Positions 10,799 to 22,553 of a DNA stretch of 64,000 bases are shown piece after piece. The number at the start of each line of letters is the position of its first letter. Within the stretch, counting starts at the first letter, position 1. The notes under the pieces were generated by a model. That model did no database searches, was not told the origin of the DNA, and was given only the letters and a program-made list of their open reading frames with translations. The position numbers and the translations under genes are program-made. Source of the stretch: Schmidtea polychroa (lineage: Eukaryota); contig CM097885.1 of assembly GCA_044892525.1 (NCBI GenBank), positions 240,932,001 through 240,996,000 of the forward strand, in the 5' to 3' direction.

Positions 10799-12157
10799 GG
10801 TATAAGTATACAATAGGGGGGCCACTTTTTTATAAATAAATATATATAGATATAAATATTTAAATATATTAAAGTAATTAAAACATAGTATAGTTCAAGT
10901 ATATATATTAAAAAGACTATCAAGTTACGTTTATATTTACTTGGTATTACACACCACCAAAATCATATTTTTCACGTATTTGATTGATTAATACATCAAA
11001 CGCACGCTCATTTCGACAAAATCTTCTTCTCCACATGAATTCATCTAAGTACGAAGGAATGAAGCTACATCTAGTCCCAAACATATACTTAAATTTCCTT
11101 TTACATAAGGCCCACGAACCTTCTATTCCATTGGTGTTAACGCCGGTTAGGGGATCAATAAAGTGTTCCGAGTGATTCACCCACTGGTGTACATACGGTC
11201 CCAGTCTAGCTAAAGGTGTAGGTGCATTTGGGTTTCGTCGGGGACCACCAGTATAGGTCGAGAATTCATCGGTCCAAATAGTCGTTCCCGGAAGTACAAC
11301 ACGCGAAAAAATCGGAAAAATTTCTTTTTGGGTCCTATTATCAACGAATTCAAAATGTACATTCTTCGTAGTATAGTCTAGAATTCCGAAAACCCACCCA
11401 CTGCGGGCATTCCCTCTCGGTTCGCCACGATTATGCAGCAAATTCATTAACTTGGACTCATCCGCTTGCACTATATGATCTACTCCACCAAACAATAAAG
11501 GTTGAGATACTAACTTCCAACTGGCAATATCTCTGAAATACTGGTACCATTGAATTATAGTTTTTTTGGAAATATCGGTGAAAAGCTGAACTTGTTTAAT
11601 GGAGCATTCCGCGCCCCAAAAATACATCAATAGAAAAAGCTCACGAATATGCAGTTTTGAATTACAAAAAAAACTCCCGTTTGTAATTGTTTGCTTGATT
11701 CGATGAGGATTTACGCGTGCCCGACTCCGGCAAACAAATATATATTCATTTACGACTTTGGAATCTTTAACTAGTTCCATAATACGCCCGCATCTCGCGC
11801 AGGTTGGATCGGCTCGTAACAAACCTACACTTTGGCAATGTCTTATCAAAGACAGTGTGTCTCTTGAAAGTTCATATATTTGCTTTAAATTCATGGCCTC
11901 ATATTTATATATATATATACGTTAAAGATTAATTAAAACATCTTTTAAATAAGGATATNNNNNNNNNNNNNNNNNNNNNNNNNNNNNNNNNNNNNNNNNN
12001 NNNNNNNNNNNNNNNNNNNNNNNNNNNNNNNNNNNNNNNNNNNNNNNNNNNNNNNNNNNNNNNNNNNNNNNNNNNNNNNNNNNNNNNNNNNNNNNNNNNN
12101 NNNNNNNNNNNNNNNNNNNNNNNNNNNNNNNNGGCCCCCCTATTGTATACTTATACC
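10799..12157 (-). mobile_element. Merlin (IS1595/ISXO2-like) DNA transposon
   Basis: TIR GGTATAAGTATACAATAGGGGGGCC at both ends; exact 8-bp TSD GTAACTTA at 10791-10798 and 12158-12165. Confidence 0.95.
10947..11894 (-). CDS. Merlin/ISXO2-like DDE transposase, 315 aa, uninterrupted
   Basis: N-terminal CxxCG zinc ribbon; VQADESK, WVFG, IWTDEFSTY and HQWVNHSEHFIDPLTGVNTNGIEGSW...K motifs. Confidence 0.93.
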   Translation of the reverse strand: MNLKQIYELSRDTLSLIRHCQSVGLLRADPTCARCGRIMELVKDSKVVNEYIFVCRSRARVNPHRIKQTITNGSFFCNSKLHIRELFLLMYFWGAECSIKQVQLFTDISKKTIIQWYQYFRDIASWKLVSQPLLFGGVDHIVQADESKLMNLLHNRGEPRGNARSGWVFGILDYTTKNVHFEFVDNRTQKEIFPIFSRVVLPGTTIWTDEFSTYTGGPRRNPNAPTPLARLGPYVHQWVNHSEHFIDPLTGVNTNGIEGSWALCKRKFKYMFGTRCSFIPSYLDEFMWRRRFCRNERAFDVLINQIREKYDFGGV

Positions 12158-13239
12158 GTAACTTAATTTTTCGTATAATTAAATATTTTTTACTATAGTT
12201 TTAATTTATTTATTTTATTAATCAAAATTTTATATTATTAATTAAAAATTTATATTATCTACAAAAAATCTTATCGGATTTTTTTAATAATAATTTATTA
12301 TTTTACCACAAATACTATTGAAAAAGCAATTGAAAACGAAATCAGCACTATTTAAATATTTTTTGTCTTCATATAGTAAAGATCAATTCCTGTCAATGCA
12401 AAGTGAAAAAACATGACAATTGTAGTGCAAAATAAATGTGTATTCATGGTAAATTAAAATAACTACATTAAACAGAAAGGTAAATAAAATGCGAATAAAA
12501 TCACTGGCATTCCATTCTTCGGAATGTCAACTGCGATTCAATTAGACTTTGGTTCACCGATCGGGTAATTGGAACAGAATTAGTGAAATTTCTCAGGAAT
12601 TATCTATATTATTACTTTTAGTGAAATTTTTCGGTGACTACGATGAATTCGGAAAATTCGTTGGAAAATTGGTTCCTCAATTGACGCGAGTGGTTTTATA
12701 TTGTCGTAAAAATAGTTTCATTGCCTTAGTAAGTTTTGTTGATTTATCATTTGGATAACATATCATCTTCTCGTATGATATTTCTTCGTGTTTTCCTTTT
12801 AATATCTCTATCTCTTTTTTCACTTTCAAATTGTATATGAGTGTTTTCTTATATACTTCTTTCTTGAATAATAATTAAACCTTTCGAATGGTCTCACGAC
12901 GCTGCAAGAGGCGTGATGACATGCAGTGTTACCAAAGGATGATATACAGGGCGTGTGAGCATTTCTATTATCACTGACTGATTCTTCATCGGGATAAAAA
13001 TACATTGTATTTAAAAATTTAAATGTACTAAAAGTTATTTAAAAAAATTTTTTAAATAATTAGCTAAAATACAAAATTCAAAAGTTATTTGAATGAGTCT
13101 TGGAAATAAATTAAAATGTTGCAAAAATGTTGGTATCTTTTTGATAGAAATCAATTAGGTTATAAAAATTTTGAAGTTAGTTTTGCATCCGGGAAAATTA
13201 TTTTAATATAGGTTTGTAAGTTACAAATCTATCATTCAT

Positions 13240-13960
13240 TTGACTAATTGCCTGGTCTTAAAAAGGTATATAACATGATATGCGAAAATATTCTTCTGCA
13301 TTTGTAGTTGGAACATTGCATCGATGCATTTATCTCTTTGTCACTCGTGCTCCATAAGACTACGAGTGAAATAATGAATTCTGCTTCAGTTAAAGAGTTG
13401 AGCAACATTTTTGCTCCTGTAAATGAATCTCTGAATAACCATTCTGCAATTATTTCCAAAGAATGTATAACTGGCTATATAAGTGCTTTCATAATCTGTA
13501 TAGAATCATGGCGGTCTATCCATCGTGTTGGGCACAGTTTTTTTAAACTCACTTTTTACATTCAGGGATTAAAATACTTAATTGTTCTGAAAGTACGTCT
13601 TGTCTCGTGGGATAATTGAAAAAACTGTAAAAAGTTTCAATAGTTCCCATACAGTTACGTATGGAAGCATTGGAGTAAGCACTTGATATAGCTAGATTTA
13701 AGGAGTGGGAAAAACAATGCACATATATGGCTGTCGGGAATTGTTTTTGAATTAATTCTTGTATACCATTAAATTTCCCGCTCATGGAAGCTGCTCCATC
13801 ATATCCTTGTTCTCGCAGTTTTAGTAAATCCAAACCATATTTTTCTAAACTAGTTATAACTGTGTTAGCTAAAATTTTCCCAGTTGTAGAAATTAAGGGA
13901 ATAAATTTTAAGAATTTTTCATAAACCTTACGTCTCTGCAAACACAACAGTCACCCAGCT
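13240..13960 (-). mobile_element. Degenerate hAT transposase (ZMYM1/THAP12-like clade)
   Basis: KFLKFIPLISTTG...QGYDGAASMSGKFNGIQELIQKQFPTAIYVHCFSHSLNLAIS, then KKLCPTRWIDRHDSI; contains stops, and an N-run lies just upstream. Confidence 0.9.
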
Positions 13961-15414
13961 GTCCCGAAAAAGTTTTAAAGGAGACTCGACTGGTCTCAAC
14001 AGGTTTCTTAACTACATTTCAATAATATAGAAAAATATAATATGACAACACCGAACTATACATATGTAATACTACNNNNNNNNNNNNNNNNNNNNNNNNN
14101 NNNNNNNNNNNNNNNNNNNNNNNNNNNNNNNNNNNNNNNNNNNNNNNNNNNNNNNNNNNNNNNNNNNNNNNNNNNNNNNNNNNNNNNNNNNNNNNNNNNN
14201 NNNNNNNNNNNNNNNNNNNNNNNNNNNNNNNNNNNNNNNNNNNNNNNNNNNNNNNNNNNNNNNNNNNNNNNNNNNNNNNNNNNNNNNNNTTCATTTTACG
14301 ATATAGAATAATTATAATCTAAATTATAATCTAAATAATAAATCATTTTTAATTTGTAATAAATATATATATATATATTTTCAAAAATTGAAATTTAAAA
14401 ATTATTTAATTTAATAATCTAATACGTTTAAAAAGAACAATACAATATTATTTTTTATATTTCATCTAATCCATAGTTAGGTGTAAATTTTATAAAAATA
14501 AATTTTACTAAATTTATAAAATCTCCTAAATCTATTTTTAGTAACTAAATAGACGTCAGCTTAATTTTGTAGAAGACTTCGATTTTCTAATTCTAATTTT
14601 CGGGCTACGATAAAACTAAGGCAACTGATTGTCAAGTTGCTATTGGTCAGTGTGTTGAATCATTGTCCAGGAATAATGCCACATGTATACTGATCACTTT
14701 TTTTAAATTTATTCAATTGAGCTTAGCTAGACTTTATTAATAAGATTTTATTCAAAAATTCTATAATTTAATGATTTGATTTTCAGTTTTTACACATATT
14801 ATTTACGAATTTATTGGTAAAAAGTTTTGATTTTCATTAAATAATATTTCTGATACATACAGGCATCAGACATCAACACCCATCTGTGTGTATGAGAAGC
14901 AGACGATTTCTATTGGCTACTTAAAATTCATAAGAGAAAATTCATAGTTCTGAATGTGAAAAAAATATCCAAGATAAAATTGAGTGTTTCAAAATGAAGT
15001 AATGAAGATTTCATCAAATTTCTGCTTGCAAATAAATTTTACTCATTGTTTATTTGTAAGCAAAAATCAATTACCATTCGTGTGGAATTAATACCATCTG
15101 TTCAATTCGTTTCGTGAAAATTGTTGGAAATGCACTGAAGAATTTATTGGAAAAAAACTCGAAAGAATTACAATTTCTTCCTAACTTGTAGGATAGACGG
15201 AAATTTTCTTTGCTAAAATGCAAATTTCTCTTGAATTTTAGTTAATAATGACGTGGTATTTTTTATATTAGTAATTATTAATATTTTAGCGTGTGCATAC
15301 AAACTGAATTTTGTGTATGAAATGAAATGATTGATAAATGTTTATCTAACGATGCTTATATATTGTTACACCAATGGAATATAAATCATTTTGCATCTAA
15401 GAATTCTGAAGAAA

Positions 15415-16213
15415 ATGTCTAATTGCAAATCTCAACTGACAGATTTTGATTTCATTCGAATTTCAACTCCAGATTTAAACGGTTGTCACTTGTCAAAGCT
15501 TATCTCATCGCAACTTGCTCAACGTATTAAAAACAACGAAGTTGATTTATATGGTGGTGCTATAGCGCTAGGTCCAAGAACCCAATATGTGGCCATTGAT
15601 GAATTTAAAGAAAATAAATCCCGAAATGCTTTCTTTTTTCCCGACATGGACACTTTAAAACCAATCAAATGGGCAGACGATTTGGAGAGAGATTTCCATG
15701 TCGGTGATGTCATAGCAGACATGAAATGGGATGAAACGAGTCCAGTTGAATTTCATCCTCGAATTGTTGCAATAAAACAAATCCAGCGACTGGAAAAAAT
15801 GGATTTGGAATTATTTTCCGCTTTTGAACCAGAATTTAGGGCTTTTAAATTAGATTCATTTGAACCGTTTACTACTGGATTGGACATGAATAAAACGACA
15901 ATGCTAGCAAAATATGAAAAGTTTTTCATGGATTCTGTCACAAAACTTGCTGTAGCCGGTATAGACATACAGGATTGTTGCATTGAACATGGTGAAGGTC
16001 AGTTAGAAATGCCTTTATTACCCTCTTTTGGAATTTCTGCTGCTGATAAAGCTTTTCGATTCAAGCAAGGTATAAAGGAATTGGGTAAACATCACCAAAT
16101 GACTATAAGCTTCATGACAAAACCGTTTTTATCGGAGTCGAGCAGTGGCAATCATTTCAATCATTCATTATGGTATAAATCAACAAAGAGGAATGCTATG
16201 TTTGACGTAAAAG
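15415..16213 (+). CDS. Type-I glutamine synthetase / lengsin-like gene, exon 1
   Basis: FIRISTPDLNG...K, AFEPEF, IEHGEGQLE, FRFKQGIKE, FMTKPF..SSGNHFNHSLW. ATG at 15415; donor AAG|GTATGC, phase 1. Confidence 0.9.
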
Positions 16214-16305
16214 GTATGCAATATCTTTGATGAATATTGTATTTTAGTATCATAATAATATTTAAATATTGAGAACAAGTATAATTTCCTACAAATTAAA
16301 TCATA

Positions 16306-17474
16306 CTCCCTCTGTCCCATAATACTGGATCTTTTTCGTTTGGTGTCCGCGGATTATCGCGAATATACGGCTCAACCTCAATATTGTTTTATTATCAGTT
16401 GAATTAATCATACGACTTTCTAAAAAACATCATTTACCATAAATATAACCGTATCTTCTTGCTTTATTTCAATATTTCATAAAAGGTCAAATATTACAAA
16501 AATCGTTGTCCCATATTACTGGATAGTTTTCACAAAAAACTTAAAATACTTTATAAATCGTCAAAAATTAAAGAAAGTAACAATAATTTTAAACTTATTT
16601 GTTCACATTTAACAATGTTTTATGATTACTTGATATCCCCTATTATTTTGACATTTCATTTTTGGATTTTTTTGTAAACGCCATTTAAATTTTTCGTTGA
16701 TGGTTTGGTGAATGGTTTGATGGCAAAATTGGAAAATGGAACCTGCAAAAAGGAATAGCACTTTCGTTTTCACACCCCTTGCTATTGATAAAAAGGAGTA
16801 CCGCAAAATGGTGATTGCAAAAGTACTTCCAGCAATTAAATCTAAGTGGCCTGGAAATCGCATAAAACCAATTAAAACGATTTTTATTCAACAAGACAAC
16901 GCTACACCTCATATTTCACCAGATGATTCAGAATTTTTCCAACACGCAACAAGCGATGAATTTGATATTCAATTTATCTGTCAACCACATAATTGCCCCG
17001 ATATGAATATCTTGGATTTTGGATATTTTTGAGCCATCCAAAGTGCCTATTATTCAACTAATCCGTCTAATATAGATGGCATTATCAAATTTGTTGAACA
17101 ATCTTTAAATGACATGCCTCGTGATTCGTTGAATAAAGTTTTTTTATCTCTCCTAAATTGTATGATTGAAAGCATCAAAGTCAATGAAGGAGACAATTAC
17201 AAGCAACCACACATGGCCAAGGATCGTAAAATCAATAATGGCACGCTACCTATATCTTAAAGTAAAAGCAGAAATATTAGCAAATGCTCTTTCCATTTCA
17301 TTCTCTCAAATACATGTTTTTACGCACTTATGTAGCAGAACTACCATTTTTAAGAAATAAATTTAATAAAAATTTATCAACTTTTGGACAAAATTAGTTT
17401 TTTATAGAAACATATCCAGTAATATGGGACAAGAAAAACAGAGAAAACTATCCAGTATTATGGGACAGAGGGAG
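16306..17474 (+). mobile_element. Tc1/mariner DD39D (Guest/Stowaway-type) element, internally deleted, in the GS intron
   Basis: TIR CTCCCTCTGTCCCATAATACTGGAT, TA TSD, subterminal GTCCCATATTACTGGAT copies. QQDNATPH...QPHNCPDMNILDFGYF has 39 residues between the Asp in QQD and the Asp in ILD; in-frame TGA at 17030. Confidence 0.92.
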
Positions 17475-18811
17475 TATAATATTATTTTGTATACTACAAC
17501 ACAACTTTACCGGGCTCATAGAAATGGATAAAGACTAAAATTAACTTCTAGTTCATGGTTTACGACTGTTGTCATTTTGTTTTATTTTATTATTCAAATA
17601 TGGTTTATAGTATGAATTTTTAAATTTTAATCAAGAATTTCAATAACTGCCAAGGGGTATTTACATATGAAAAGGTTTTGACAGTTTCGTGCTGTAACTT
17701 TTGGGGGCCCTGTGTAGATACTAAAAACGTTTCTTTTAATTTTATCGCATTCATTTTTATTGATTTTAATTAAAAGAAATAATACAAAGAAATTATAAAG
17801 CAATTTTTCAAGTTTTTGAAAAAAATAACAGAATTATTAGGTATACTTGTTTCAAATTAAATCGTAGCCAATTAGATTTGTTTGAAAGTTAAATGAATTT
17901 TGAATTTCCATCTTTGGTTTTTCTTTCAATTCGACAATTTTTTTTGCTATTGGAGAAGTTTTCATAATGTATTTAATATTTGGGGCCCAGTGCGATTGGA
18001 CTTGCAATAGCGTACGGCGCTGGATTTTGCACGAGTTTTGTTCATTACGAATTACAAGAAATATCTAAACGAAAATATATTTCTATTAATGATGCGTTAT
18101 GNNNNNNNNNNNNNNNNNNNNNNNNNNNNNNNNNNNNNNNNNNNNNNNNNNNNNNNNNNNNNNNNNNNNNNNNNNNNNNNNNNNNNNNNNNNNNNNNNNN
18201 NNNNNNNNNNNNNNNNNNNNNNNNNNNNNNNNNNNAGTAGATGGATTGGGCACCGCGAAACAGGTCACCGCCAGCACAAAGACATTTTTTACCCCACCCC
18301 CCCCCCCCGGCCGGAAAAATTTTTAAAATTTTTTTTTTCAACTTGAGAACAAAGACATATGACTCATCCGATGACTCATCAAGCATTCAAGGTAGACTTG
18401 AGAACAAAGACATATGACTTATCAATGATATATAATTATTATTATTTTTAAAAATATTATTATTTCTAATGTCTTTGTGTTCGCGGTGACCTACTATTTG
18501 GCCTGCTAAAAGTTATTGTTCCCATCAACTTATTTCATCGATCGATAGCGTATTTTGAAGCTTGGTGCAAGACCTTTCGAATGAGCTATTGCTGTNNNNN
18601 NNNNNNNNNNNNNNNNNNNNNNNNNNNNNNNNNNNNNNNNNNNNNNNNNNNNNNNNNNNNNNNNNNNNNNNNNNNNNNNNNNNNNNNNNNNNNNNNNNNN
18701 NNNNNNNNNNNNNNNNNNNNNNNNNNNNNNNNNNNNNNNNNNNNNNNNNNNNNNNNNNNNNNNNNNNNNNNNNNNNNNNNNNNNNNNNNNNNNNNNNNNN
18801 NNNNNNNNNNN

Positions 18812-21288
18812 CTCCGAGTTTATCCGACAAAATATTTTATCCCCCTATGGGTAATGCTCAAAAGGGTACTGCCCCGAGTTTATCCGACAAAATATTTTCT
18901 CCCCCTATGGGTACGGCTCACAAGATTTTGTGTAAATCGTTGATTATATTATTTTTTTTGTTTTAATTATCAATTACATAATAATTTCGTTTTGTTTAAA
19001 TCGTTGATTATATTATTTTTTTGTTTTAATTATCGATTATGTTTGTTTAAATTATCGAATATGTAATAATTTAATTTTGTTTAAATCGTTGATTATATTA
19101 TTTTTTTTTGTTTTGATTATCGATTATGTTTGTTTAAATTATCGAATATGTAATAATTTAATTTTGTTTAAATCGTTGATTATATGATTTAATTTTGTTT
19201 AAATCGTTGATTATATTTTTTTTTGTTTTAATTATCAATTACACAATAATTTCGTTTTGTTTAAATCGTTGATTATATTATTTTTTTTTGTTTTGATTAT
19301 CGATTATGTTTGTTTAAATTATCGATTATGTAATAATTTAATTTTGTTTAAATCGTTGATTATATTATTTAATTTTGTTTAAATCGTTGATTATATTATT
19401 TTTTTTTGTTTTAATTATCAATTACACAATAATTTCGTTTTGTTTAAATCGTTGATTATATTATTTTTTTTTGTTTTAATTATCGATTATGTTTGTTTAA
19501 ATTATCGATTATGTAATTATTTAATTTATCATTATTATTGGGAAAGATATTAACGNNNNNNNNNNNNNNNNNNNNNNNNNNNNNNNNNNNNNNNNNNNNN
19601 NNNNNNNNNNNNNNNNNNNNNNNNNNNNNNNNNNNNNNNNNNNNNNNNNNNNNNNNNNNNNNNNNNNNNNNNNNNNNNNNNNNNNNNNNNNNNNNNNNNN
19701 NNNNNNNNNNNNNNNNNNNNNNNNNNNNNNNNNNNNNNNNNNNNNNNNNNNNNNNNNNNNNNNNNNNNNNNNNNNNNNNNNNNNNNNNNNNNNNNNNNNN
19801 NNNNNNNNNNNNNNNNNNNNNNNNNNNNNCTCCGAGTTTATCCGACAAAATATTTTATCCCCCTATGGGTAATGCTCAAAAGGGTACTGCCCCGAGTTTA
19901 TCCGACAAAATATTTTCTCCCCCTATGGGTACGGCTCACAAGATTTTGTTTAAATCGTTGATTATATTATTTTTTTTTTTTAATTATCAATTACATAATA
20001 ATTTCGTTTTGTTTAAATCGTTGATTATATTATTTTTTTGTTTTAATTATCGATTATGTTTGTTTAAATTATCGAATATGTAATAATTTAATTTTGTTTA
20101 AATCGTTGATTATATTATTTAATTTTGTTTAAATCGTTGATTATATTATTTTTTTTTGTTTTAATTATCAATTACACAATAATTTCGTTTTGTTTAAATC
20201 GTTGATTATATTATTTTTTTTGTTTTGATTATCGATTATGTTTGTTTAAATTATCGATTATGTAATAATTTAATTTTGTTTAAATCGTTGATTATATTAT
20301 TTAATTTTGTTTAAATCGTTGATTATATTATTTTTTTTTGTTTTAATTATCGATTATGTAATTATTTAATTTATCATTATTATTGGGAAAGATATTAACG
20401 NNNNNNNNNNNNNNNNNNNNNNNNNNNNNNNNNNNNNNNNNNNNNNNNNNNNNNNNNNNNNNNNNNNNNNNNNNNNNNNNNNNNNNNNNNNNNNNNNNNN
20501 NNNNNNNNNNNNNNNNNNNNNNNNNNNNNNNNNNNNNNNNNNNNNNNNNNNNNNNNNNNNNNNNNNNNNNNNNNNNNNNNNNNNNNNNNNNNNNNNNNNN
20601 NNNNNNNNNNNNNNNNNNNNNNNNNNNNNNNNNNNNNNNNNNNNNNNNNNNNNNNNNNNNNNNNNNNNNNNNNNNNNNNNNNNNNNNNNNNNATACTCCG
20701 AGTTTTTCCGACAAAATATTTTATCCCCCTATGGGTAATGCTCAATAGGGTACTGCCCCGAGTTTATCCGACAAAATATTTTCTCCCCCTATGGGTACGG
20801 CTCACAAGATTTTGTTTAAATCGTTGATTATATTATTTTTTTTGTTTTAATTATCAATTACATAATAATTTCGTTTTGTTTAAACCGTTGATTATATTAT
20901 TTTTTTGTTTTAATTATCGATTATGTTTGTTTAAATTATCGAATATGTAATAATTTAATTTTGTTTAAATCGTTGATTATATTATTTAATTTTGTTTAAA
21001 TCGTTGATTATATTATTTTTTTTTGTTTTAATTATCAATTACACAATAATTTCGTTTTGTTTAAATCGTTGATTATATTATTTTTTTGTTTTGATTATCG
21101 ATTATGTTTGTTTAAATTATCGATTATGTAATAATTTAATTTTGTTTAAATCGTTGATTATATTATTTAATTTTGTTTAAATCGTTGATTATATTATTTT
21201 TTTTTGTTTTAATTATCGATTATGTTTGTTTAAATTATCGATTATGTAATTATTTAATTTATCATTATTATTGGGAAAGATATTAACG
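18812..21288 (+). repeat. Three ~1-kb higher-order units (two palindrome cassettes plus AT-rich minisatellite AAATCGTTGATTATATTATT...), separated by N-runs
   Basis: Near-identical blocks at 18812-19555, 19830-20400 and 20694-21288, each ending GGGAAAGATATTAACG; a shorter inverted version lies at ~27470-27910. Confidence 0.9.
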
Positions 21289-21960
21289 NNNNNNNNNNNN
21301 NNNNNNNNNNNNNNNNNNNNNNNNNNNNNNNNNNNNNNNNNNNNNNNNNNNNNNNNNNNNNNNNNNNNNNNNNNNNNNNNNNNNNNNNNNNNNNNNNNNN
21401 NNNNNNNNNNNNNNNNNNNNNNNNNNNNNNNNNNNNNNNNNNNNNNNNNNNNNNNNNNNNNNNNNNNNNNNNNNNNNNNNNNNNNNNNNNNNNNNNNNAG
21501 TTTATCCGACAAAATATTTTGTCCCCCTATGGGTATTGCTCATATGGGTAATGGTCAAAAGTGTACTACTCACATTCAACATGTCTCAAAGGGCATAATA
21601 TAATTATTATTAAATTCTGACCAACTTAAATCAATGAAGGGGTAGAACAAAAATATATTACGTTGCGGTATTTTAAATTTAAAAATATTTTTAAAACTTA
21701 TTTTGACACTAAAGTTTACTTATTTAACAAAGACATAATTATTGCACATGCCTTGCATAAATATTATTATTTTTTAAATTTTCAATATTTCTTTTAAAGT
21801 CTTAACACGCGCGGAAGTTATTATTATTATTATTATTATTAGTGAAAAATCTAAAATATTTTCTACACACACACACAACCCATTAAACTTTATTATGATT
21901 ATTATCAATATCAGTCAAAAACCTAAAATATTTTTTACACACATATACAACTCATTAAAC

Positions 21961-22029
<69 letters not shown>

Positions 22030-22060
22030 TTCAAAGAATTATTTTCAAAATTTTTATCAA

Positions 22061-22111
<51 letters not shown>

Positions 22112-22138
22112 CTCCTAGTCTATGTTAACAAAAGGTAT

Positions 22139-22290
22139 TTAACTTGCTCAATTTGTAAAGAAAATCAAGTTTCGGTTTTGTATTTACCGTGCGGTCACGT
22201 AATTGTTTGTTCTAAGTGTCACGAGAAGAATGTTCACAATTGCCAAGCTTGTTCAACACAGATTAATGAATATCATACTATATATATATG
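22139..22290 (+). pseudogene. IAP-type C3HC4 RING finger fragment inside Maverick 2
   Basis: LTCSICKENQVSVLYLPCGHVIVCSKCHEKNVHNCQACSTQINEYHTIY = C-x2-C-x11-C-x-H-x3-C-x2-C-x7-C-x2-C. No start codon; begins just after the arm junction. Confidence 0.8.
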
Positions 22291-22421
22291 TAAGTTCTCA
22301 ATATTATATCAAATGAATTATGGTAATGGATTATGACCGGAAAAATTAACAAATAATATGAAATCACCTTGGTAATTAAATATATGGGGCGCAACTACCA
22401 AATGGTGATGAAGGAATACCC

Positions 22422-22553
22422 ATGAGTTCATCAAAATGGGAAAAAGATCTTCGCAAGAACCATGAAGATGCTCGAAAAGTAGAAAAAACCCTAACAAATA
22501 TTTTAAAGTTGAAATTATGTGTTACAGTAGTATTGGTTATTATTGTTTCGTAA
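22422..22553 (+). CDS. Short ORF with a C-terminal hydrophobic tail (43 aa), possibly a gene remnant
   Basis: MSSSKWEKDLRKNHEDARKVEKTLTNILKLKLCVTVVLVIIVS*. Confidence 0.3.
   Translation: MSSSKWEKDLRKNHEDARKVEKTLTNILKLKLCVTVVLVIIVS

Noticed and set aside
18812-21288. Repeat arrays as a CRISPR array
   Set aside because: Eukaryotic context; the intervening sequences are themselves repeated rather than unique spacers, and no cas genes are present.
18045-21603. ORFs containing X runs (MSDKLG..., MGKILT...)
   Set aside because: Artefacts of reading through N-runs and repeat cassettes.
21895-22128. Poly-Ile/Leu/Tyr ORFs (also 26022-26568 and 27791-28109)
   Set aside because: Translations of (ATT)n microsatellites.
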